DNA from: an uncultured Acidobacteriota bacterium
GTDB taxonomy: Bacteria; Acidobacteriota; Vicinamibacteria; Vicinamibacterales; CAVVIG01
NCBI GenBank assembly: GCA_963712905.1
Contig: CAVQJU010000001.1
Span: 64,652-128,651 of the forward strand
Direction of reading: 5' to 3'
DNA: 64,000 nucleotides
How positions within the stretch are numbered: position 1 is the stretch's first letter; every line of letters begins with the position of its first letter. Both the position numbers and the translations under genes were made by a program. Positions 32,228 to 41,502 of the stretch are shown here, in pieces. The notes under the pieces are model-generated. The model made no database searches. It worked only from the letters and a program-made list of their open reading frames with translations, and was not told the origin of the DNA.

Positions 32228-33852
32228 ATGCCGTCTACAACGGGTGTGTGGCGATTCAGCCGGGACGCGTTTCGACGTTGGGGCGCTCTCATCGTCCGGC
32301 CGGTCTTGTGTGGGCTGCTGATGGCGGGAACAGCCAGCGGCCAGTCGTCGAGTGGTGCCGGAAGTGGGGACAAGGGCGACCGCGGCGCCATCCAGCCTCC
32401 GGCGTCCATCGTCTGTGAATCCACGGGCAACCAACGCAACCACTGCGACGCCGACACGTCGGCGGGCGTTGCGCTGATGCGATCGACCGGCAGCGGAGCG
32501 TGTCTCCTGGGCAAGACCTGGGGCTACGACGACACCGGCGTGTGGGTGTCGGATAAATGCGGCGGCGAGTTCGGTCTGGGTCAGTCCGGAGTGCAAGCAA
32601 GGCCAGCCACCGAACCCGGGCCGTCCTCCTGGCGCGCCACCGCCGCATCGAGACGTGGGGCGAGTTCGATCCCGGCGAGGGATTCCTGGTCGGCCGGAGC
32701 GAAGCGGCGGCGAGCTGTCGATCAGCGCCTACGCGCTGATTCGCTACATCAACCAGATGCCCGCCACGCAGACGTTCACGGACCATCTGGGCATCGAGCA
32801 CTCGGTGGACGGCCGCAACGACCTGTTCCCGCACCGCATCATGGTCTTCATGAAGGGCTGGCTCGGCAATCCGAAACTCGTCTACAACATCTTCTTCTGG
32901 ACCGTGAATCCGACGGACCAGAAGAACATCTTCGCGGTCATGGGCTACCAGTTCTCGCGCCGCTTCAGCCTGTATGCCGGCCTCAACGGGTTGCCAGGCA
33001 CGCGTTCGCTGCAGGGCTCGCACCCGTACTGGCTCGGGCACGACCGCGTGATGGCCGACGAGTTCTTCCGGCCGTACTTCTCGAACGGGATCTGGGCGCA
33101 GGGCGAGGTCACTCCGGGGCTCTGGTACAACGTCATGGCCGCCAACAACCTGAGCGCGCTTGGCTTCAAGGCGACGCAACTGGACCGGACGATGGGGCAC
33201 CGGCGGCTCGATGTGGTGGATGCCGACGACGAAGGAGTTCGGACCGACGGGCGCGTACGGCGACTGCGAGATGCACGAGAAGCTCGCCACCCGGTTCGGC
33301 TTCTCCACCACCTACGCCCCTCAGGAGCAGCGCTACACGGATTCGGTGACGGGCGCGACAGGCAGCACGCTCATCAAGCTGGCGGACAGCCTGAACGTCT
33401 TCGACACGGGCGCGCTGGCGCCGGGCGTCACGGTGCAGAACGTGAACTACCGGCTGCTGTCGTTCGATGCCGGCATGAAATACAAGGGGTTCTTCCTGCA
33501 GACCGAGATCTACAACCGGTGGCTCGACGGCTTCAAGGCCGACGGGCCGCTGCCGGTCAGCTCGATCCACGACTCCGGCTTCTACGTGCAGGGCGCGTTC
33601 TACCCGATTCCGAAGAAGCTGGAGATCTACGGCGCGACGTCGCAGATTTTCGGCGACACGTCGGCCGGCTTCAGCACGAGCAGCGAATACATCGGCGGCG
33701 GGAACTTCTATCCCTTCGACACGCGCAACCATCCGGTTGAACGTGCAAGTCCAGAAAGTGAATCGACTCGCCGGTCGGCAGCACGTTCGGCTACTACGTC
33801 GGCGGCCAGACACGGCACGACGTTCTCGACGGCGTTCTCGGTGTTCTTCTGA
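32228..33852 (+). pseudogene. Second DUF3011-domain / porin-like fusion protein (paralog of 30345..31952), multiple frameshifts
   Basis: The DUF3011-like module (IVCESTGNQRNHCDAD...ACLLGKTWGYDDTGVWVSDKCGGEF) lies in ORF 32189... The barrel is colinear with the paralog but spread over ORFs 32557.., 32655.. and 33160... Breaks fall near 32.60-32.71 kb (at least two), near 33193, and at three closely spaced sites near 33731, 33765 and 33815. The start must lie downstream of the promoter at 32201 (ATG 32228 or GTG near 32246). Confidence 0.75.
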
Positions 33853-33873
33853 AGACACGAGGAGGTTACGACG

Positions 33874-35018
33874 ATGACCTCGCGCGTCCGGCGTTCATCG
33901 ACGGCATGGTGATTCTCGCGGCGTGCGTCGTGCTGGCCTGGCTCGCTGTCGGCGCGAGCGCCGGTGGCGCGCACAGAGCCAGGCCGCGCCGCGTCGGGCG
34001 CGGCCAACGAGTTCTACGACTCGCACTTCCACCTGACCAACTACATCCAGCAGGGCATCACGCCGCGCAGTTCCTGCAGATCATGGGCACGCGCGTCGGC
34101 CGCTCGACGCTGTTCGGCATCCCGCTGCAGCAGCAGTGGTCGTACGCGCAACTCGGGGGACTTCGCGCCCACGTACTACCTGCAGAGCGACGCGCCGCTC
34201 TACTACTACTCGTTCACCGACGCCTACATCGCGAGCGTCTACAAGTCGCTGACGCCGGCCGAGCAGGCGCGCTTCGATCCGATGATCACCGGCTTCAACC
34301 CGGCGGACATGTACGGCGTCGATCACATCCGGCGGGTGCTGCAGATGTTTCCCGGCGTGTTCACCGGCATCGGCGAGTTCAGCATCCACAAGGAGTTCGT
34401 CTCGGCGAAGATCTCCGGCGAGACCGCCAGCCTCACCAATCCGGCGCTCGACCGCATGCTCGACTTCGCCGCCGAGTCGGGCCTCGTCGTGATCCTGCAC
34501 AACGACATCGACATGCCGTTCGCCAAGGTGGATGCCGAACCGGTGTATCTGACGCAGATCAAGGACGTCCTGCGTCGTCATCCGCAACGCATCGATCATC
34601 TGGGCGCACACCGGCCTGGGACGTATCGTGCACCCGGTGCAGGTATCGGCGGAAACGGCCGAGCGCGATCCGAATCACATCGGCGTCGTCGAAGCGATGC
34701 TCACGGACCCGACGCTCGCTCACGTCAACTTCGACATCTCGTGGGACGAAGTGGCGAAGTACGCGGTGGCGTCGCCGCAGGCGACGGCGCGCGTGGCGAC
34801 CATGCTCAACCGCTATCCCGATCGATTCCTGTTCGGGACCGACACCGTCGCGCCGGCCGAGCGCGGCGGCCTATTTCGCGGTGTTCGACATGTGGGAACC
34901 GGTCTGGCGGCAGCTGACGCCCGACGCCAGCCTGAAAGTCCGGAAGGGCAACTACGAGCGGATCTTCAACGAGGGACGCAGGCGCGTCCGCGCGTGGGAA
35001 CGACTCAACGTGAAATAG
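33874..35018 (+). pseudogene. Amidohydrolase-2-type (TIM-barrel, metal-dependent) hydrolase with signal peptide, about five frameshifts
   Basis: Colinear sequence alternates between ORFs 33906.., 33964.. and 34628... It includes FYDSHFHL, FPGVFTGIGEFSIHKE, VVILHNDIDMP, IIWAHTGLG, FDISWDE and FLFGTDT. Junctions lie near 33963, 34068 (-1), 34160, 34587 and 34872. GGAGG precedes ATG 33874. ATG 33906 (MVILAACVVLAWLAVGASA) is the alternative start. Confidence 0.7.
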
Positions 35019-35046
35019 CGGCGGGATATTACAAGGAGCGATCACA

Positions 35047-36322
35047 ATGTTTTTGACACGAAGGTTTGGAACGGCTGCGGTGCTGGGGCGGCGGGCTGAC
35101 GTTGCTGACGCTCGTCGGCGTCGCCGGGGCCGCTGGGGCTGAAGAACCGGGCGCGCCGCCTGCGGCGCAGGTGTCGCAGGACGAGAAGGGCACCCTCGAA
35201 ATCTACGGCTTCGGGCAGGCCGACGCCATTGCCGACTTCAAGCAGAACAACCCCGACTGGTACGACGTCAACAGGCCTTCCCGGTTGCCGAACGTCGCCA
35301 ACCAGTTCGGGAATGACGGCCACTTCTACCTGAGCGCACGGCAGAGCCGCCTGGGCGTCCGGGGCGAGGTGCCGACCGCCAACGGCCCGGTAAAGGGGCA
35401 GTTCGAGATTCGACATGTTCGGCGTCGGCGGGGACGCCGGCCAGACGACGATCCGCTTGCGCCATGCGTGGGGCCAGTACAAACAGATTGGCGCGGGCCA
35501 GACCAACAGCCAGTTCATGGACGTGGACGTCTTCCCGAACGTCCTCGACTACTGGGGCCCGAACGGGATGCTGTTCTTCCGGAACGTGCAGGTGTTCTGG
35601 GAACCGTTCAACGACGGCAGCTCGAACGCGCGCATCGCGATCGAGGCGCCGGGCGCGAGCGGCGACGCCGGGGTGCTCGCCGACCGCGTGGAGCTGCAGA
35701 ACGTGAAGCCGCGGTTCCCGTCGCCGGATTTCACGGGCGCACTATCGCCTGGGCGGCAAGAAATGGGGCTACGTCCAGCTGGGCGGCGCCCTGCGCAAGA
35801 TCGCCTACGACGACCTCCTGCCGAACGACAGGTTCGACCTGAACGGCAGCGTCTGGGGCTGGGGCATCAGCGTGAGCTCGAACGTGAAGCTCGGCTCGAA
35901 CGACACCCTGCGGCTCCAGCTGGTCGACGGCGCGGGCGTCGAGAACTACTTCAACGACGCGCCCGTGGACGTCGCGATCAAGAGCAACCCCGGCAACGCG
36001 GTGACACCGGTCGTCGGCGAGGCCCTGCACGATCTCGGCGTGGTCATCTATCTCGATCACAACTGGAATGCGAAGTACTCGAGCGCGATCGGGTACTCGC
36101 GCGTCGACATCACCAACAGCGACGGCCAGGCGGCCAACGCGTACAAGAACGGCGACTACATCAGCGGGAACCTGCTGGTGACGCCGGCGAAGAACGTGAT
36201 GATGGGCGGCGAGTTCCAGTGACGCGCACCGGGAAAACAACTCGGACGGCTTCGCCGTCAGCGACTACCGGCTGCAGTTCTCGTTCAAATACAGCTTCGG
36301 CTACAAGCTAGGAGGACAGTGA
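35047..36322 (+). pseudogene. Outer-membrane porin-like beta-barrel (DcaP-like?), four frameshifts
   Basis: AAGGAG precedes ATG 35047 by 8 nt (MFLTRRFGTAAVLG...). The sequence continues through ORFs 35066.., 35415.. and 35872.., then back to the first frame, ending ...YRLQFSFKYSFGYKLGGQ. Shifts of +1 lie near 35085, 35408, 35745 and 36222. The family name is tentative. Confidence 0.6.
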
Positions 36323-37365
36323 TGTTCAGGAACCTGCTCGTAACGCGGCGCCGCCGCTTCATGGCGGTGATTGCCGCCAGTGTCATGGCCGGCGGGCTCG
36401 TGCTCACCGCCCAGGGCCCCGATCCGCAGACTGCCGTCAACAACGCGTTCAACCAGTTCAAGGCCCTCAAGGAAGGCAAGAACGCGGACTACATCCCGGC
36501 GCTGGCCAAGGTGGATCCGAACCTGTACGGGATCGCGTTGATCACCGTGGACGGCAAGGTCTATACGGCCGGCGACATCAAGACCGAGGTCTCGATTCAG
36601 TCGATTTCCAAGGTCTTCACGATGGCGCAGGTCATCCAGGAGCAGGGCCTCGACGCGATCGAGAAGCGGATCGGCGTCGATGCGACCGGCGCGCGGTTCA
36701 ATTCGATTATCGCTGTCGAGGGCGTGAAGGTAGTGGCCGGAGCGGGCGCGCCGGAGATGAACCCGCTCGTCAATCCGGGTGCGATCTCGGCGACCAGCAT
36801 GGTCACCGGCGCCAACTCCGACGCCGTGTGGAAGAAGATCATCGGCACCTACAACGACTACGCCGGCCGTAACCTGACCGTGCTGCAGGACGTGTACAAG
36901 TCGGAATCCGACTCCAACCAGCGCAACCAGGCGATCGGCGCCCTGATGCTCGCCTACGGCTACATCAAGTCCAACTGGCCGCAGGCCGTCGATCTCTACA
37001 CCCGGCAGTGCTCGGTCGGCGTCAACGCCAAGGATCTGGCGATGATGGCCGCGACGCTGGCCGCGGGCGGAAAGAACCCGGTCACCGGCAAGGTGGTACT
37101 CGATCCGGCGAAGGTCCCGGGCGTCCTGGCGGTGATGGCGACGGCTGGCCTGTATGACGACTCCGGCAAGTGGCTCTACCATACCGGCCTGCCCGCGAAG
37201 AGCGGCGTCGGCGGCGGGATCATCGCCGTGGCCCCCGGCAAATTCGGGATCGCGGTCATCTCCCCCCCGCTCGACGATGCGGGCAACAGCATTCGTGCGC
37301 AGCGCGCGATTGCCGCCATCTCGAATGCGCTCGGCGCCAATCCGTACGCCGCCCGGCCGAAGTAG
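36319..37365 (+). CDS. glsA: Glutaminase A with twin-arginine signal peptide
   Basis: Core glutaminase sequence is present (YIPALAKVDPNLYGIALITVDGKVY, SIQSISKVFT, NPLVNPGAI, SGVGGGIIAV). The N-terminus TRRRRFMAVIAASVMAGGLVLTAQG looks like a Tat signal. An RBS AGGAGGA lies upstream. Confidence 0.9.
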   Translation: MMFRNLLVTRRRRFMAVIAASVMAGGLVLTAQGPDPQTAVNNAFNQFKALKEGKNADYIPALAKVDPNLYGIALITVDGKVYTAGDIKTEVSIQSISKVFTMAQVIQEQGLDAIEKRIGVDATGARFNSIIAVEGVKVVAGAGAPEMNPLVNPGAISATSMVTGANSDAVWKKIIGTYNDYAGRNLTVLQDVYKSESDSNQRNQAIGALMLAYGYIKSNWPQAVDLYTRQCSVGVNAKDLAMMAATLAAGGKNPVTGKVVLDPAKVPGVLAVMATAGLYDDSGKWLYHTGLPAKSGVGGGIIAVAPGKFGIAVISPPLDDAGNSIRAQRAIAAISNALGANPYAARPK

Positions 37366-37382
37366 GGCGCGTGCGGTACGGA

Positions 37383-37420
37383 CCCGCGGGGCGGCCGGGG
37401 GGCAGCCCCGCGGGTGTTTT
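37383..37420 (+). terminator. Rho-independent terminator after glsA
   Basis: A perfect 9-bp GC stem, CCCGCGGGG (37383-91) / CCCCGCGGG (37406-14), encloses a 14-nt loop and is followed by TGTTTT. Confidence 0.75.
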
Positions 37421-37449
37421 GACGGGCCGGCCTTCTCAACGGCTACAAT
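37419..37449 (+). promoter_or_regulatory. Candidate sigma-70-type promoter for the 37502 gene
   Basis: TTGACG (37419-24) and TACAAT (37444-49). The 19-nt spacer is longer than optimal. Confidence 0.3.
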
Positions 37450-37501
37450 CGTTGGGCCGCTCGACCTGATTCAAGACGTTGGCATTGCACCAGAGGGTTT
37501 C

Positions 37502-39823
37502 ATGAGGATTCACCGTCGTTCTTTCCACACCGTCGTCGCGCTGGTCACGGCTGCCAGCGTGCTGTTCACGCCGATCGTCCCCGTCCTTCGCGCGCAGACC
37601 GCCGCCGCGCCGAAGACCACCACCGCTGCCAAGCCCGCGGCTGCCGCCAGCACCGCCAATGCGGCGGCGGTTGACGGCGGATGGCCGCGGGACTACGTCA
37701 CCGCCACCGGCGGCGCGCTGCGGGTCTTCCAGCCGCAGATCGCCAGCTGGGACGGCCAGCGCAAGATGGTGGCTTATTCGGCAGTGTCGTTCATCCCGAA
37801 GGGTGCATCGAAGCAGACGATGGGCACCGTCAAGTTCGAAGGCGACACGTCGGTCGCGGTCGACCAGCGCCTGGTCAACTTCACCGAGGTGAAGGTGACG
37901 GAGTCGAGCTTTCCGAACGCGTCGAACGATCAGATCAAGGAAATCACGGGCGAGATCGTCAAAAACGGGCCGCAGGGCGAGATGATCATCGCGCTCGACC
38001 GCGTCCTCGCCCGGCTGGACAAGAGCCAGATTATTCCGAAGAACGTCGCGGACGTGAAGGCGGACCCGCCGCCGATCTTCTACAGCGCGTCGGACGCCAT
38101 CCTCGTGAACATCGACAGCGATCCGATCTGGAGCCCGATCATGGGCAACGATCTCAAGTTCGCCGTCAACACCAACTGGGACCTGTTCCAGCACTCGCAG
38201 ACCAACACGTACTACCTGCGCTACAACGAGAGCTGGCTGTCTGCCACCGACATCAAAGGCGAGTGGAAGCCCGCTGGCAAGCTCCCCGACAGTTTCAAAG
38301 AGCTGCCAGGGGAGAAGGACAAGGACACGGACAACTGGAAGGAAGTGAGGGACGCGCTTCCGGGCAAGTCGCTGAAACCCTCGCAGGTACCCAAGGTGTT
38401 CGTGAGCACGACGCCGGCCGAGATGATCTTGCTGCGCGGCCCGGCGAGCTACGTGACGGTTGGGAACACGCAGCTGCTCTGGGTGAACAACACGGAGAGT
38501 GACGTATTCCGGATGGGCAGGACGGGCCCCGTCTACTTCCTGATTTCGGGCCGCTGGTTCAGCGCCCCCGACTTCACGGGCCCGTGGACGTTCGCGACGC
38601 TGTCGCTGCCGCCGGAGTTCAAGCAGATCCCGCTCTCGCACGACCGGTCGCGCGTGCTCGCGTCGGTGCCGGGCACCGACCAGGCCGCCGAGGCGGTGCT
38701 GCTCGCGCAGATCCCGCAGATCGCCACGGTGAACAAGAAACAGATCAAAGCGCCCGAAGTGGCGTACGACGGCGGCATGCCGACGTTCCAGCCGATCGAG
38801 AAGACGAACCTGCAGCGCGCCGCGAACACCGACAAAGACATCATCAAGGTCGGCGACCTCTATTACATGTGCTTCCAGGGCGTCTGGTTCATGGGCAAGA
38901 GCCCGACCGGTCCGTGGGAAGCGACAGGTTCCGTGCCGGGTGAGATCTACACGATTCCGGCGAGCTCGCCCTCGCACAACGTCACCTACGTGACGGTGCA
39001 GGAAGACAAGGACGATACGGCCGTGTACGTCGCCGCTGCGGCTTACACCGGCATGATGATCGCGTGGGGCTGCGTCGTCTGGGGGAGCGGGTATTACTAC
39101 CCGCCGTACATGTACCCGTACGGAGGCTTCTACCCGGTCTATCGTCCGTACTACCCGTCCTACGGCTACCACGCGTCCTACAACCCGTGGACCGGCGCCT
39201 ACAGCCGCGGCGTGTCGGCCTACGGTCCGTACGGCGGGGCCGGCGTCGGCGCGAGCTACAACCCCAGGACCGGGACGTACGCGCGGGGCGCCGCGGCCTA
39301 CGGTCCGTACGGGGCGCGAGGCGCGGCGAGTGCGTACAACCCGCGGACCGGCGCGGTCGGCGCGACACGACAGGGGTCGAACGTCTACGGCAGCTGGGGA
39401 TCGACGGCCGTTGCGCGCGGCGATCAGTGGGCATCGACGTCTCGCGTCACGAACAACCGGACCGGCAACACCACCCGCGTCACGCAGGGCAGCGGCGGCG
39501 GCGAGGCGATTTCGCGCAACACGCCCGGACCGGGCGGCGGCACCGTTGCGCGGACGGGCAGCGGCGACGTGTACGCAGGCCGCGACGGGAACGTCTACAA
39601 GAAGGATGCGGGCGGCGGCTGGTCGGAAGCGAACGGCAACAACGCCCGTCCCGACACCTCCACGGCCGGGCAGCTCAATCGTGATTCGGCCGCGCGTGCC
39701 GAAGGTGCCCAGCGCACGCGCGATTACAGCAGCTCGAGCGGCGGACGGACGGGAGGATCGAGCTACCGCCCGAGCAGCGGCGGGATGTCGCGGGGTGGCG
39801 GCGGCGGCGGACGACGGCGATAA
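37502..39823 (+). CDS. Large secreted protein of unknown function with Tyr/Gly/Pro-rich repetitive C-terminal region
   Basis: The ATG at 37502 is in frame with track ORF 37154..39823. A signal peptide (VALVTAASVLFTPIVPVLRAQ) is followed by about 520 aa of non-repetitive region. Next come YYYPPYMYPYGGFYPVYRPYYPSYGY and three repeats of about 26 aa of the type SYNP(W/R)TG.Y.RG..AYGPYG. A Gly/Ser/Arg tail ends GGGGGGRRR. Confidence 0.75.
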   Translation: MRIHRRSFHTVVALVTAASVLFTPIVPVLRAQTAAAPKTTTAAKPAAAASTANAAAVDGGWPRDYVTATGGALRVFQPQIASWDGQRKMVAYSAVSFIPKGASKQTMGTVKFEGDTSVAVDQRLVNFTEVKVTESSFPNASNDQIKEITGEIVKNGPQGEMIIALDRVLARLDKSQIIPKNVADVKADPPPIFYSASDAILVNIDSDPIWSPIMGNDLKFAVNTNWDLFQHSQTNTYYLRYNESWLSATDIKGEWKPAGKLPDSFKELPGEKDKDTDNWKEVRDALPGKSLKPSQVPKVFVSTTPAEMILLRGPASYVTVGNTQLLWVNNTESDVFRMGRTGPVYFLISGRWFSAPDFTGPWTFATLSLPPEFKQIPLSHDRSRVLASVPGTDQAAEAVLLAQIPQIATVNKKQIKAPEVAYDGGMPTFQPIEKTNLQRAANTDKDIIKVGDLYYMCFQGVWFMGKSPTGPWEATGSVPGEIYTIPASSPSHNVTYVTVQEDKDDTAVYVAAAAYTGMMIAWGCVVWGSGYYYPPYMYPYGGFYPVYRPYYPSYGYHASYNPWTGAYSRGVSAYGPYGGAGVGASYNPRTGTYARGAAAYGPYGARGAASAYNPRTGAVGATRQGSNVYGSWGSTAVARGDQWASTSRVTNNRTGNTTRVTQGSGGGEAISRNTPGPGGGTVARTGSGDVYAGRDGNVYKKDAGGGWSEANGNNARPDTSTAGQLNRDSAARAEGAQRTRDYSSSSGGRTGGSSYRPSSGGMSRGGGGGGRRR

Positions 39824-39852
39824 CAAACACGCAGAGATGAAGGGGTGATGAC

Positions 39853-40389
39853 ATGAGAACGATCGGGATGTTCGCAGTAACCGGGATGCTGGCCCTGGCG
39901 GCGGTGCCCGCCTCGGCGCAAACCAAGACCCTCACCGGCGAAACGAAGACGGTCACCGCCAGCGTCGAGGCCATCGACAAGCCTGGGCGGGCAGTCACCG
40001 TGAAGAAGCCGGACGGAACGTACGACGTGTTCTACTTTCCGGAGACCATCAGGCGGTTCGACGCGTTGAAGGTGGGCGACAAGATCACCGCCAAGTACTA
40101 CGAGAACCTCGTGCTGCGGGTGAAGGCGCCAGGCGAGAAGGACGTCAACAGCGCGTCGGGCGGGACCGTCAGGGCCGAAGGCAAGCTGGCCGGCACCACG
40201 TCGCGTCAACGCACGATTACGGCGACCATCGCGGCCATCGATCAAGCGGTGCCCTCGATCACCTTCACCGGTCCCAACGGCTGGAAGTACAGCAGCCGCG
40301 TGGAGGACAAGAAGGCGCTGGAGAAGGTCAAGGTGGGCGACAGGCTCGACATCACCTGGACCGAGGCTCTGATCCTGTCCGTCGAGTAA
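39853..40389 (+). CDS. Secreted two-repeat protein of unknown function (paralog 1 of 3)
   Basis: A signal peptide is followed by two modules of about 70 aa with the pattern T(V/I)TA.V.AID...R.VT...P.G......V......F..LKVGD.I...Y. Paralogs lie at 41503 and 42238. Confidence 0.75.
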   Translation: MRTIGMFAVTGMLALAAVPASAQTKTLTGETKTVTASVEAIDKPGRAVTVKKPDGTYDVFYFPETIRRFDALKVGDKITAKYYENLVLRVKAPGEKDVNSASGGTVRAEGKLAGTTSRQRTITATIAAIDQAVPSITFTGPNGWKYSSRVEDKKALEKVKVGDRLDITWTEALILSVE

Positions 40390-40455
40390 GTGATCGCGGC
40401 CGTCATCCGGGGAAGCCGGTGTATATTGCCGCCGGATTTCCCTGGAAGGCGGTCG

Positions 40456-41493
40456 ATGCTCTCTCGCTGGTCCGCGCGCGCTGCCCTGACGCTGACGCTG
40501 TTCGTTGTCCTGGCCGGCACGGCACGCGCGCAGCCGAAGGCGGACGTCGTCCGTCTGGCCAACGGCGACCACATCACGGGCGAGGTGAAGAACCTCAATC
40601 GCGGCCAGCTCGAGCTCTCGACCGACGATGTGGGGACTATCTATTTCGAATGGGACAAGGTCGTGTCCCTCTCGGCCGTGGGGCAGTTCGATGTGACAAC
40701 CACCGACGGTCGCCGCTTCCTGGGCGGCCTGGCGGCCGGCGATCCGAAAACCCTCGTCATCGTCGAAGTGGCGACCCGGGTGCCGCTGCCGATGATCGAG
40801 GTCGCGACGATCACGCCGATCGGCGCCAGTTTCTGGAAGAAGCTGGACGGGTCGTTCGACATGGGCTTCAGCTACACCAAGTCGAGCGAGGTTTCCACGC
40901 TCAACGTCAACTCGAGCACCCTGTATCGCAGGCCGGCGTTCGAAGGGCGGCTCACCGCGTCGGCCACGCTGACGACGAACGGGGATGACGGCCAGCGCGA
41001 CGATCGCGGTTCGATTCAGGCTTCGTATGTGCGATATCGCGGCCAACGGCTGTTTGTCGCGTCCGCCGTCGGGTTCGACAGCAACGAAAGCCTCGGGCTG
41101 CTTCTGCGCTCGCAGGTCGCCGTCGCCGTGGGTCCGCGCCTGATCAACAACAACCGGGCTCAGCTGTCCATCGCCGGCGGGATTGCGGCCAACGACGAAC
41201 GCAACGTGGACGCCGCTCCGACGCAGAACCTGGAAGCGCTCTTCACGTTCCGCCAGTCGTATTACAGGTACGATCGTCCGAAAACCAACATCGATACCAG
41301 CTTCCAGTACTACCCCAGTCTGACCAACTGGGGCCGCCAGCGCATCCAGCTCGACGCCAGCGCCAGGAGAGAGGTCTTGAAGGACTTCTTCCTCGCGATC
41401 AACATGTTCGATACGTTCGACAGCCGGCCGCCCAGCCCGGACGCGGCGAAAAACGACGTTGGCGTCTCGTTTTCCATCGGCTGGAGTTATTAG
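40456..41493 (+). CDS. DUF481-family outer-membrane beta-barrel protein
   Basis: A signal peptide is followed by VVRLANGDHITGEVKNLNRGQLEL (typical DUF481 N-terminus), alternating beta-strand sequence and a C-terminal ...VSFSIGWSY. The start is taken at ATG 40456. Confidence 0.8.
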   Translation: MLSRWSARAALTLTLFVVLAGTARAQPKADVVRLANGDHITGEVKNLNRGQLELSTDDVGTIYFEWDKVVSLSAVGQFDVTTTDGRRFLGGLAAGDPKTLVIVEVATRVPLPMIEVATITPIGASFWKKLDGSFDMGFSYTKSSEVSTLNVNSSTLYRRPAFEGRLTASATLTTNGDDGQRDDRGSIQASYVRYRGQRLFVASAVGFDSNESLGLLLRSQVAVAVGPRLINNNRAQLSIAGGIAANDERNVDAAPTQNLEALFTFRQSYYRYDRPKTNIDTSFQYYPSLTNWGRQRIQLDASARREVLKDFFLAINMFDTFDSRPPSPDAAKNDVGVSFSIGWSY

Positions 41494-41502
41494 GGGGCGA
41501 CC

